Below are positions 54,313 through 62,563 of a stretch of DNA of 64,000 nucleotides, piece after piece. The stretch's first letter is position 1; the number at the start of each line of letters is the position of its first letter. The DNA is taken from NCBI GenBank assembly GCA_963725355.1, contig CAVRYE010000005.1:89103-153102 (forward strand), read 5' to 3'. This stretch comes from an uncultured Acidimicrobiaceae bacterium. Lineage in GTDB: Bacteria > Actinomycetota > Acidimicrobiia > Acidimicrobiales > Bog-793. The notes under the pieces are model-generated. The model searched no databases, was not told the origin of the DNA, and saw only the letters and a list, made by a program, of their open reading frames with translations. Both the position numbers and the translations under genes were made by a program.

Positions 54313-55161
54313 TTAGTAGTGCTCGGCGACCTTACGTTTCATGAACGCCAAGCCTTCGGATGCCACAATCTCCTCACTCTCGAAAAGCTGACGCCATATC
54401 TTCGTCGCGGCTGTCAGATTCTCGAGGGCGTCGCCGAAAGCCTCCACGGTCAGCCATCCGTCGTAACCGACCGCCCGTAGTGCGCTGAAGGTCTCGTCCC
54501 AGGCGACGTGCCCAGTGCCTGGGACTCCGCGATCGTTCTCGGAGATGTGGACATAGCCGATCCTCGACCCGGCGTCCCGGATGGCCTCACCTGGAAGCTT
54601 CTCCTCGATGTTCGCGTGGAAAGTGTCGAAATGTATCCTGCAATTCGCCTTCCCGACCTCGTCGATGAAACGGGACGCCTGGGCCAGTGTGTTCAGCAGG
54701 TACAGCTCAAAGCGGTTCACTACCTCCTCGGTGAGCGTCACCCCGGCCGGTCCTGCATACTCAGCGACACGTCGGATGTGGGAAACGCTCCTCTCCCACT
54801 CCTGATCGCTCGGTGCGCGACCACTGAAAACGCCCAGGGCAATCTGGTGCGGACCCGCAAGAATGGGCGCACCCAACGCGTAGCAGCAATCGACGACTTT
54901 GGTCATGTGCTCGTAAGCACGGTCTCGAACCAACTCGCTCGGGCTCACCGGATCGAACTCGGGAGCGATCACATGATTGGCGGTCCGTTCCAGCCCGAGG
55001 TCATCGAGACGACGATGCCAATGCTCCCACTTCGCAGGATCTAGGTCGAACATCGGGACTTCTACACCGTCATAGCCAAGCCGCTTCAGGTTCTCCAGCG
55101 TAGGCAAGAGGCCGTCGTGCATGTCGTCGTCCCAAAGCATCAAGTTGATGCCGTACTTCAT
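54313..55161 (-). CDS. sugar phosphate isomerase/epimerase (xylose-isomerase-like TIM barrel; FrlC / ketose 3-epimerase-like)
   Basis: 282 aa with MKYGINLMLW, LGYDGVEVPMF and YVHISENDRG. GAGGAGG lies 7 nt upstream of the ATG. Confidence 0.8.
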   Translation of the reverse strand: MKYGINLMLWDDDMHDGLLPTLENLKRLGYDGVEVPMFDLDPAKWEHWHRRLDDLGLERTANHVIAPEFDPVSPSELVRDRAYEHMTKVVDCCYALGAPILAGPHQIALGVFSGRAPSDQEWERSVSHIRRVAEYAGPAGVTLTEEVVNRFELYLLNTLAQASRFIDEVGKANCRIHFDTFHANIEEKLPGEAIRDAGSRIGYVHISENDRGVPGTGHVAWDETFSALRAVGYDGWLTVEAFGDALENLTAATKIWRQLFESEEIVASEGLAFMKRKVAEHY

Positions 55162-55462
55162 CGTCTCGCCTCCTCGCTTCTCGAGCGACTCCGCTACCTG
55201 TGCCCTAGTGCACCGCTACTTCGTCGCGAGGTCCCTCGAAGCGTTCCCGACAAACGCCTTGCGCTCGTGACTTGCTCGTCACGATCGGCCCCGCACACAG
55301 CTCCTCACTCGTCGGCAAGCCCGGCCTCGTGGGTGACCAAAACCAACCGGTCGATCGACGAGGGCAAGAGGCGTTCCTCGACTCTTGTGGTGTGCCGCGT
55401 CGCTCATGGCACTTCCGAGCACTTCGACATCTCCCAAACCTTCTCGAGGACCACTGTGACCA

Positions 55463-55497
55463 GGTGCCCGGCTGCCTCAGTTCAACAGCCGGGCACC
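55463..55497 (-). terminator. strong GC-rich hairpin downstream of APC permease 1 (no U-tract)
   Basis: A perfect 12-bp inverted repeat GGTGCCCGGCTG / CAGCCGGGCACC with an 11-nt loop, starting ~80 nt after the permease stop (55575). Confidence 0.5.
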
Positions 55498-55574
55498 GCT
55501 TTCACCCGCCTATGGCTCCGGTCCCTCTACTGTTGCCCGCACTCTCGGAACCGATCGGCCCCGAGACCTCTTTC

Positions 55575-57089
55575 TCACTGAATCTGGCCAGGCGTCATCG
55601 CCTCTCCTGGAGCTGCGTCGTCAAGCAGGCTCGGTTCTCCCTCTTCCCCAAGGGCTTTTCCGGCCTCAAGCAACCACGTCTCGTTGCCCTTTATCTTGAA
55701 GTACACCAAGATCCCGACCCCTATGAGCAGCCACACCGCGTCGATCCAAGGAGACAGGTTGAAAGGATACGGGGTGGGGAACGACTTGATCAGCGCGTAG
55801 ATCAAGGCTGCGGTCGAGATGATCGGGAAGATAAGATGCATAACGACGTTGAATTGGTCTCGGCGTGTGCGCCAATACAACAAGAAGCACGCCAGGTTGC
55901 CCATGATGTAGATGACCACGCAAGCGATCACAAGAATCAGTCCGTCGATTAGGAAGTAAGCGTTGCTCGCGCCGAGCCAAAGGCCGACCCCTATGGCGCT
56001 CGCTATCGACAGTGCCAGCTGCACGAGAATCGCCGTCGTCGGCGTCTTGTACTTCGGATGTACGACAGCGAACGTCGGCGGGAGAGTGCCACTTTGTCCC
56101 ATCCTGTACCACATCCGCGAACCGACGTTCGCGCATGCGAGACATACGGCCATAACGCTATTGAAGAACGCAATCAGAATGAGAACGTAGCCACCGCCCC
56201 AGTATTTGCGTGCCAAGCTGATTCCAGGCAGGACGCTTGCGGTCGACAGCCCATTCAGGTTCTTGACCCCATAACCGACTACCTGCCCCCAGTACATGAC
56301 TACAAGGAAGGCGCCGATGAGGACAACGGACCAGACAAGCGCCCTCGGAACGTTCCTGCGTGGATTCCTGCTCTCCTCCGCCAGAGGAGCGGCCGCTTCC
56401 CACCCAGTAAGACCCTGAACGGAGAAAACGACCGCCAGTGCGAAGCCTTCGAAGCTCAACTTCCTGCTGAAGTCGAAAACGCCGAAAGTAAAGCCGCCGG
56501 CCCCGGGTCGTGCCAGGCCCCATATGCCCAATGCCATCACGATGAGCATTTCCATGGACCCGAGAGCAATGAGGATCTTGGTGGAGATCGAAATGCCGCG
56601 GAGTTGTATGAAAGCAACGAGAGGCGCGCCGATTAGGACACACACCCACCACAGCCACGGCAAGTCCCACTTGTAGAACGTTTGGAACACGGTATTGAGC
56701 GTGTACCCGAAGAAGGCATAAATAGCTCCGCCGGCCAGTGGTGAATAAAGCACGTACATCCACGAGGTCAAAAAGCCAGCTCGGGGATGCACGCCTCGAC
56801 TCACGAAGGTGTAGTAACCACCGGCCGAAGGCAGTACCTTCGCCATCTGGGCGAGCGTCACGGCGAGCATCAGCACGATGATGACGCCGATCAGGTAAGC
56901 CAGCGGGGCGGCCTCGCCAGCCTTGCTGACAACGAACTGGGTGAAGAACAGAGCCGCAATCGCTGGCGAGATGTGCGTGATTGACTGCATCATGACGCCA
57001 CCTAGGCCAATAGCATTCCTTTCCAGGGTCCCGCCCGGTCTTTCCTTTACCTCACCGCCCCCGGAGGTACCCCCAAGACTGGTTGTCAT
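55575..57089 (-). CDS. APC-superfamily amino acid/amine permease (paralog 1)
   Basis: 504 aa, ~12 TM segments. Roughly half of its residues are identical by eye to the ORF at 58471..59970. GGAAGGGGA SD upstream. Confidence 0.88.
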   Translation of the reverse strand: MTTSLGGTSGGGEVKERPGGTLERNAIGLGGVMMQSITHISPAIAALFFTQFVVSKAGEAAPLAYLIGVIIVLMLAVTLAQMAKVLPSAGGYYTFVSRGVHPRAGFLTSWMYVLYSPLAGGAIYAFFGYTLNTVFQTFYKWDLPWLWWVCVLIGAPLVAFIQLRGISISTKILIALGSMEMLIVMALGIWGLARPGAGGFTFGVFDFSRKLSFEGFALAVVFSVQGLTGWEAAAPLAEESRNPRRNVPRALVWSVVLIGAFLVVMYWGQVVGYGVKNLNGLSTASVLPGISLARKYWGGGYVLILIAFFNSVMAVCLACANVGSRMWYRMGQSGTLPPTFAVVHPKYKTPTTAILVQLALSIASAIGVGLWLGASNAYFLIDGLILVIACVVIYIMGNLACFLLYWRTRRDQFNVVMHLIFPIISTAALIYALIKSFPTPYPFNLSPWIDAVWLLIGVGILVYFKIKGNETWLLEAGKALGEEGEPSLLDDAAPGEAMTPGQIQ

Positions 57090-57207
57090 CTCTTCATCCC
57101 CTTCCCATCATGTAGGTAGCTATAAGACGTGGTCGTGCACAGAGCGCCTTTGCAAAGATAGTTGAAACGGTGTTCGGCTGGAATTGGCAAAAAGGACTAA
57201 GACTGTT

Positions 57208-57223
57208 TGTGCATTGATGCACA
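57208..57223. promoter_or_regulatory. 7-2-7 inverted repeat TGTGCATTGATGCACA (CRP/FNR-like spacing) upstream of permease 1
   Basis: Perfect arms TGTGCAT/ATGCACA. Read as TGTGC-N6-GCACA it resembles TGTGA-N6-TCACA. It lies in a locally AT-richer stretch ~120 nt upstream of ATG 57089. Confidence 0.35.
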
Positions 57224-57250
57224 TACACAGGCGAACGTTCGACCCGGGCC

Positions 57251-57361
57251 TCAGCATGGTGGCTCGTCACTAGTCGCGGCCGAGTCGCAGAGCTGGCCGA
57301 GTTCGTCAGTCGACCAGCTGCAAACGCTCTCGCCAACGACCTGCGCCATCGTCGACTCCAT
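57251..57361 (-). pseudogene. remnant 5' end of a cyclase-family gene (36-codon ORF)
   Basis: Own translation MESTMAQVVGESVCSWSTDELGQLCDSAATSDEPPC*, compared with the intact gene N-terminus MESTMAQVVGESVRKWSTDEFDQLFDSVKNW (62177 downward). Confidence 0.75.
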
Positions 57362-57737
57362 TCAGCCAGCTACGAGGGCCTAGGTCGCCCTGCCTGTCGC
57401 GGCAAGCTACCAAGTTGTCTGCACAGGTGCAAGGGTTCCTGGCAACTACCTGCCGCCATTGGAGAGCGACCCAACTGCGGATCCGTCGTTGGGGAGGCCG
57501 ACTAAGGAATGACTCATAACGTGACCGCCGCGAGAAGGCCATGTGTAGGTCTCGACAGCGACGCGTGGACGGTCCGCGCAGCCACACCCGATGACAGTCG
57601 ACTTACCGGGGGCGTCCCGGGTCACCAACTGCATGTAGTCAAAGAGGTACCGGCTCAGGACGCCGAGACGCCGTGCAGGTGGAGGCGGAGCCGAGACCGC
57701 CTCGAGCGTCCGGCTGCGGCCGGCCACCTCCACCCGC
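57279..57737. repeat. segmental duplication, copy A (paralogous to 62095..62563)
   Basis: Manual alignment: the intergenic part is ~88% identical, the first 13 cyclase codons are 100% identical and the GntR-coding part is ~70-75% identical. Confidence 0.85.
57404..57432 (-). promoter_or_regulatory. duplicated promoter/operator (copy A): TTGCAC-N17-TAGCTT with ACCTGTGCAGACAACT inside the spacer
   Basis: Same hexamers and spacing as copy B, with one substitution in the 16-mer. Confidence 0.4.
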
Positions 57738-57820
57738 GGGTCAGTCGAAACCCTCGCACAAGCGCGCCGCGGCTGCGAGCGGCCGAGAACCTTGCACCCC
57801 TTAGCGGGCGACCGCGGCAA
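57446..57820 (-). pseudogene. C-terminal (UTRA-domain) fragment of a GntR/HutC regulator paralog
   Basis: VEVAGRSRTLEAVSAPPPPARRLGVLSRY...RVAVETYTWPSRGGHVMSHSLVGLPNDGSAVGS parallels the last ~95 aa of the regulator at 62283..63110. There is no wHTH domain. Confidence 0.75.
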
Positions 57821-57841
57821 TCAGCTGGCGAGGTGTCGCTA

Positions 57842-58291
57842 CTAGCTGCTTGTTCTCCCCAGATAACTCTGCATGGCAACTATCGACGCAAGGAAGCCCA
57901 GAAGCGACCCTGCGAAACACAACCAGATGCCGATACTCCAGTTAAGGCTCGTGAACGCCGTCGCCGGGTGGGGCAACGTCGCCAGGTCGAGACCGCTGAA
58001 GACAGCTGAAACCAACAACACCATGGCGGTCGCGAACAGCCACCCGATCTCGTCGCGAAAGACGGCCAGCAATCCGGCTATGAGTCCCACCGCACTAAAG
58101 AGGAGAGTGAACCTCCCGTCTGTGGAGATACCGTTCAAGGTCACAGAGCCGGTCGACGTCACTGCCTTCACCCACGGCAGAAAGGATCCGACAACGACCA
58201 CGATTGCCGCTGCAATGACGATCCAGGTCCCAGGTGAGATCGAACTAGCCCCACTGCCTTTCTTTAAGACCTCTGTGCTCGTCGTGCCCAT
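57842..58291 (-). CDS. small 4-TM membrane protein (hypothetical)
   Basis: 149 aa with four hydrophobic segments. Last gene of the permease-2 operon. Confidence 0.6.
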   Translation of the reverse strand: MGTTSTEVLKKGSGASSISPGTWIVIAAAIVVVVGSFLPWVKAVTSTGSVTLNGISTDGRFTLLFSAVGLIAGLLAVFRDEIGWLFATAMVLLVSAVFSGLDLATLPHPATAFTSLNWSIGIWLCFAGSLLGFLASIVAMQSYLGRTSS

Positions 58292-58470
58292 CTACTCACT
58301 CCTTCTACGCTCGCTCGATTGTCTACTTGGCCCACGCAACTCCGCCGAGCCGCACTCAGCGCTCATCTGTGCAACGCCCATGTCCCGAGGATGCCCAAGA
58401 CACGCCGGGGCATGCTCGCTGGCGTAGGCGCAGGCCATCTTTCGACCTTGAATAAGACTTGCCGTGCTAC

Positions 58471-59970
58471 CTACGCGCCTGCCGGAAGATCTTCGGCGAT
58501 AGTTGGAATGCTGTCTGACTCGACGGCCGCCTGGCCTAGCTTCTCAATCCACTGGTCCTTCTTGCTCAGCCAGAGGTACAAGAGGATGCCGATTCCGACC
58601 ACGAACCAGACTCCGTCAATGATCGGCGCCAGGTCGTAGGGGAAAGCTGGGTAAGGCTGGAACGACTTGATCAGCACATAGACGAGCAGCGATGAGGAGA
58701 TGATCGGCAGGATGAAATGCAACATCAAGTTGAACTCCGCACGCCGCTCCAGCAGGTAGTAGAAGAACACCGCCACGTTCGCAGAGATGTAGATGTAGGT
58801 CACAGCGATAACGAGCACGAGCCCGTTCGACAAGAAGTACGACCTATCTGCACCAAAGCCGGCACCGACGGCCAAGCCGACGACGAGAGACAAGATCAAG
58901 TTGGCGATGATGGCGTTCGTCGGGGTCTTGTGCTCGTTGTGCACCTTGCCGAACCACGCCGGCAGAGTGCCCGTCTCACCCATCTTGAACCAGATACGAG
59001 TCGACACGTTGTTGCAGGCCTGGCAAACAGCCAGGGTGGAGCTGAACATGGCAGCCAAAACGAACACCCAGCCGCCACCCCACACGCGTTCGGCGATGAT
59101 GAGACCGGGCAGGGCAGGGGCGTTGACGAGTGCGTGCGAGCTGGTGCCGGTAAGGAGGTTCGTGCCCCATCCGATGATCTGGCCCCAGTACATCAAGACA
59201 AGGAACACCCCGAGGCCGATAATCGCGATCATCGTCGCCTTGGGGACGTTCCGCCGCGGGTCCGAGGTCTCTTCGGCCAGTGGAGCTGCAGCCTCCCAAC
59301 CGGTGAGACCTTGCAGGGAGAACACGACAGCGAGGGCGAAGCCCTCTGCCCCCAAGCTGTGGGAGGGAACCCAGCTCGAGAAGTTGAAGCCACCGGGACC
59401 AGGGCTAATGAAGCCAGACAGGGCGAGGGAGAATACGATCGCCATCTCGGTCAGGCCCAGTCCGACGAGCACCTTCACCGAGAGAGCCAGGCCGCGCCAG
59501 GCGAGGAAAGCCACGAACGGCGCCCCGACTATCAACGTCAGCCACCACAGATATGGCGCATTGATGTTGTAGTGGGACTTCAGCTGCTGCTCGAGCAGAA
59601 AACCGAAGTAGGCGTAGATCGGGCCTGCGATGACCGGGTTGTAGAACACGTACATCCAGGCGGTCATGAATCCGACTCGCGGTTTGAGCGCCCGGCTGAC
59701 AAAGGTGTAGTAGCCCCCAGCCGAACTCATGTGCTTGGACAGCTGCACGAGCGTGCTTCCGAGCATCAACACGATGCAGACGCCCAGTACGTAGGCCAAC
59801 GGTGCTGTCACACCGGTGAGCGACACCACGTACTGGGTGAAGAACAGGGCAGCGATCGCCGGCGCGATCGTCGCCACGGCCTGCATTGTCGCGCCCGGTA
59901 GCCCGATCGCATGGGCTTTGAGCCTCGTCGCCGGCTCTAGACCAGAGCCAGGCACTGCTGCTGTTGCCAT
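58471..59970 (-). CDS. APC-superfamily amino acid/amine permease (paralog 2)
   Basis: 499 aa, ~12 TM segments. GGAGGA SD upstream of the ATG. Confidence 0.88.
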   Translation of the reverse strand: MATAAVPGSGLEPATRLKAHAIGLPGATMQAVATIAPAIAALFFTQYVVSLTGVTAPLAYVLGVCIVLMLGSTLVQLSKHMSSAGGYYTFVSRALKPRVGFMTAWMYVFYNPVIAGPIYAYFGFLLEQQLKSHYNINAPYLWWLTLIVGAPFVAFLAWRGLALSVKVLVGLGLTEMAIVFSLALSGFISPGPGGFNFSSWVPSHSLGAEGFALAVVFSLQGLTGWEAAAPLAEETSDPRRNVPKATMIAIIGLGVFLVLMYWGQIIGWGTNLLTGTSSHALVNAPALPGLIIAERVWGGGWVFVLAAMFSSTLAVCQACNNVSTRIWFKMGETGTLPAWFGKVHNEHKTPTNAIIANLILSLVVGLAVGAGFGADRSYFLSNGLVLVIAVTYIYISANVAVFFYYLLERRAEFNLMLHFILPIISSSLLVYVLIKSFQPYPAFPYDLAPIIDGVWFVVGIGILLYLWLSKKDQWIEKLGQAAVESDSIPTIAEDLPAGA

Positions 59971-60093
59971 TTTCTCCTCCTCGGTGCGAGAACGGACTTA
60001 CTCATCGACCCTCGCGGGACAGCTCAATGATCTTGTACCTACTGCATTGCAACTGCTGGTTCAGTTCTCTCGTACGGGATGCGGCCCCCTCCG

Positions 60094-61149
60094 CTACAGG
60101 TGAATCGCGTTGACCCGTGTCTCAAACTCCGAGATTTCGGCCTTGCCTTCGAGCACCCCGATCTCAAGGCGATAATTTCGCTCCTCGCCTGGCTCGAGCC
60201 ACTGCAGCTCTGCTCGTTCCTTAGCATCAAAACGTCCGGCGTCGCGGTTGGTAGTTGGCTCGAGAGCAACCGCGTATGTGCCCTCGCCCATCATCCGCCA
60301 CAGGGTGTGGAAGGGCATCGCCCGCCGGTCGTAAAGCTGGTAGACACCGAGGCCGAGGGCGTCGTTGACAAGCGCCACAGGTGCCGTCCCGTCCGGCTCG
60401 CCGGAGACCTTGTGCTCGTAACACTGTTCTTTGCAGTGCGGCTGCGGGGCACTCATCACCCGGTAGTCCTGGGGTGGATAATCGCCCGTGGGCACGCCGG
60501 GAGGAGCAGGTATCACCAAGCGTGCGCCTTCGTCGAGAACCGGGTACCCAATATTGACGTGGTACAGGAGCATGTGGCTCGTCGGGTCGAAGCCTACGTT
60601 GACTACTTTGTCTGAGATACGCAGCGCTGAGCCGCCAACATCCACCTCCACACGGCGGCGAAGCTCCATAGCCTCTTGGAAGACAGCGGCCTGGCGAACC
60701 ACGCCTTCTGCCCAGAGCACGCACTCGTCACCGCGCCACTCCTCGCCGTAGCCGACAAGGCGCGCCGGGAGCATGCCGATGCGACCCATAAGGCCGTACT
60801 CGATCTCTGGCACCACGTCCTGGTGGAACTGCTCGGCTGAGTCCACGCCGCCCAAAAGCGTGTGGTCCAGCCCACAGGTGACTACCATGCCGCCACCCCA
60901 TGTGCGGAACCAGCCCAGGCCCATAGGCTCTGCGTACCAGGGGCCCATGACGTCGGAGCACGAGAGCCAGCTCAACGAGTTGCCCCTGAAGCTGCAGGGG
61001 CCAATGTCGAAGCACCTGTCCACGATTACGTCGAAGCGGAAGCCACTGCCGCTGTTGAACTCGAGTACCCGTACCCCCCGGGCGACGCCATCGCCCAGTG
61101 TCACAAGACGGACACCGAAGGCCTGCTCCTGGCGCCCAACCCGACGCAT
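60094..61149 (-). CDS. DUF4432 / aldose-1-epimerase (galactose mutarotase)-like protein
   Basis: ~350 aa of beta-rich sequence recognised from memory as DUF4432-like. ATG 61149 (ATGA overlap with the cyclase stop) is preferred over the track start 61176. Confidence 0.6.
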   Translation of the reverse strand: MRRVGRQEQAFGVRLVTLGDGVARGVRVLEFNSGSGFRFDVIVDRCFDIGPCSFRGNSLSWLSCSDVMGPWYAEPMGLGWFRTWGGGMVVTCGLDHTLLGGVDSAEQFHQDVVPEIEYGLMGRIGMLPARLVGYGEEWRGDECVLWAEGVVRQAAVFQEAMELRRRVEVDVGGSALRISDKVVNVGFDPTSHMLLYHVNIGYPVLDEGARLVIPAPPGVPTGDYPPQDYRVMSAPQPHCKEQCYEHKVSGEPDGTAPVALVNDALGLGVYQLYDRRAMPFHTLWRMMGEGTYAVALEPTTNRDAGRFDAKERAELQWLEPGEERNYRLEIGVLEGKAEISEFETRVNAIHL

Positions 61150-62177
61150 CAGGCTTGCTCGATCCAAATTCTGCACCGTGCAGCTTTGTCATTTGCGCCG
61201 CCTCCTGTTACATCACTGCGATCGGGTTGAACGGTGAGCCCGTGGCCCGGGGGATGCGTAATGGTGCCACGATCACCATGAAATTCCCAGCGTTGCTCTA
61301 TCTCGCACGCTTCGGCCAGGTCCTCGAGGTTCAAGCTGTCGGAGGCCAGCATCCCCATGGCGGTGATCTGCAAAGGGTGAATCGGGTACGCGATCCCTTC
61401 GACGGTGCTCGGCACCGTTTCTCCGTCACCATCGGGGAGAAAGCCAGCTACGTGCCGCTCATGCAACAGCGATATGGCGTCGACGTGCAGCCCGGCCTTG
61501 CCCTGGCCGGTGTAGCCGTTGTCCCAAGGGCCGAGCTCGAGACGCCGGCGGTGGTGGCCGGTCCTGAAAACGAATAGGTCACCCTCGCCCAGGCGCACAC
61601 CTTGGGCTCGCTCGGCTTCCTCGAGCTCAGCACGGCTCACTGCCATGCCCGGTTCGAGCCAGGGCACTCCCCGGAGGCGGGGAATGTCGAGCAGCACGCC
61701 GCGGCCGACCACGCCCTGGGAATACTCGGTGATGTCGAAGGCGTCCGCCCCGGTCGTGGTCACAAGGCCGGCTGGACGTCCGTTGTAGAGCTGACCGCGA
61801 TAGGCGATGTGGCACAGAGCGTCTATATGTGTGTGGCAGTCCCCGTGGAACTGCATGCCGAGAAAGTCGGTCGCAAAACGCAATGTCCCAGACCCGATAT
61901 CGGTGTCGTGACCCGTCGCCATGTAGTGGATCGCCGGGTTCGGGTTGTCCGGCCCAGCCACCTTGTTGACTGGAAGCGAGAGCGAGATGGAACGACCTGA
62001 ACGAACCAGGGACGCGGCCTCACGGACGTGCTCAGGTCGTATGTAGTTAAGGGTCCCCCTGGTATCTTCAGGCCCCCAAACGCCCCAGTTCTTGACCGAG
62101 TCGAACAGCTGGTCGAATTCGTCGGTCGACCACTTGCGAACGCTCTCGCCAACGACCTGCGCCATCGTCGACTCCAT
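61149..62177 (-). CDS. cyclase-family (kynurenine formamidase-like) metal-dependent hydrolase
   Basis: 342 aa with FHGDCHTHIDALCH, which matches the HxGTHxDxPxH-type motif of PF04199 proteins. Confidence 0.75.
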   Translation of the reverse strand: MESTMAQVVGESVRKWSTDEFDQLFDSVKNWGVWGPEDTRGTLNYIRPEHVREAASLVRSGRSISLSLPVNKVAGPDNPNPAIHYMATGHDTDIGSGTLRFATDFLGMQFHGDCHTHIDALCHIAYRGQLYNGRPAGLVTTTGADAFDITEYSQGVVGRGVLLDIPRLRGVPWLEPGMAVSRAELEEAERAQGVRLGEGDLFVFRTGHHRRRLELGPWDNGYTGQGKAGLHVDAISLLHERHVAGFLPDGDGETVPSTVEGIAYPIHPLQITAMGMLASDSLNLEDLAEACEIEQRWEFHGDRGTITHPPGHGLTVQPDRSDVTGGGANDKAARCRIWIEQA

Positions 62178-62563
62178 TCAGCCAGCTACGAGGGCCCCCG
62201 AGGTCGCCCTGCCTGCCGACGGAAGCTACCAAGTTGTCTGGACAGGTGCAAGGGTTCGCAGCAACAACCTGCCGCGATTGGATTACGAACCGACTACGGC
62301 GCCGTCGTTGGGCACGCCGACGAATGAATGGCTCACAACGCGCCCGCCGAGAGAGGCCCAGGTGTCGGTCTCGACTGCGATGCGCAGGCGGTCCGTACGC
62401 AGCCACGCCCGGTAGCAGTCGATCGGCTTGCCTGTGGCGTCTCGGGTCACCGATTGGATGTAAACGAGCGGGTACCGGCTCGGCACGCCGAGGCGTCGTG
62501 CCAGCGGGGGCGGAGCCGAGACGGCCTCAAGCGTCCGACTGCTTCCGGCCACCTCCACCCCGC
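62095..62563. repeat. segmental duplication, copy B (paralogous to 57279..57737)
   Basis: See copy A. Spans the cyclase 5' end, the 105-nt intergenic region and the GntR 3' end. Confidence 0.85.
62223..62251 (-). promoter_or_regulatory. candidate sigma-70-type promoter TTGCAC-N17-TAGCTT with an embedded dre-like operator ACCTGTCCAGACAACT (62232..62247)
   Basis: -35 at 62251..62246 and -10 at 62228..62223 on the minus strand. The 16-mer matches 12/16 positions of ACTGGTCTAGACCACT. The element is conserved in the duplicated copy. Confidence 0.45.

Noticed and set aside
57086-57111. Chain of overlapping mini-uORFs ATGATGGGAAGGGGATGAAGAGATGA (MMGRG*, then MKR*, then the permease ATG), each joined by an ATGA overlap.
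   Set aside because: The purine-rich GGAAGGGGA is more simply the Shine-Dalgarno sequence of permease 1. The uORFs are 3-5 codons long and probably coincidental.
2037-59901. Many long antisense or alternative-frame ORFs, for example 2037..2990 (+), 12960..13946 (+), 36986..38107 (+), 45935..46987 (-), 50099..51049 (-), 53392..54276 (+) and 58717..59901 (+).
   Set aside because: Each lies entirely within a strongly supported gene on the other strand or frame. Each has an Arg/Gly/Pro/His-rich low-complexity composition, as expected from stop-codon-poor high-GC DNA.
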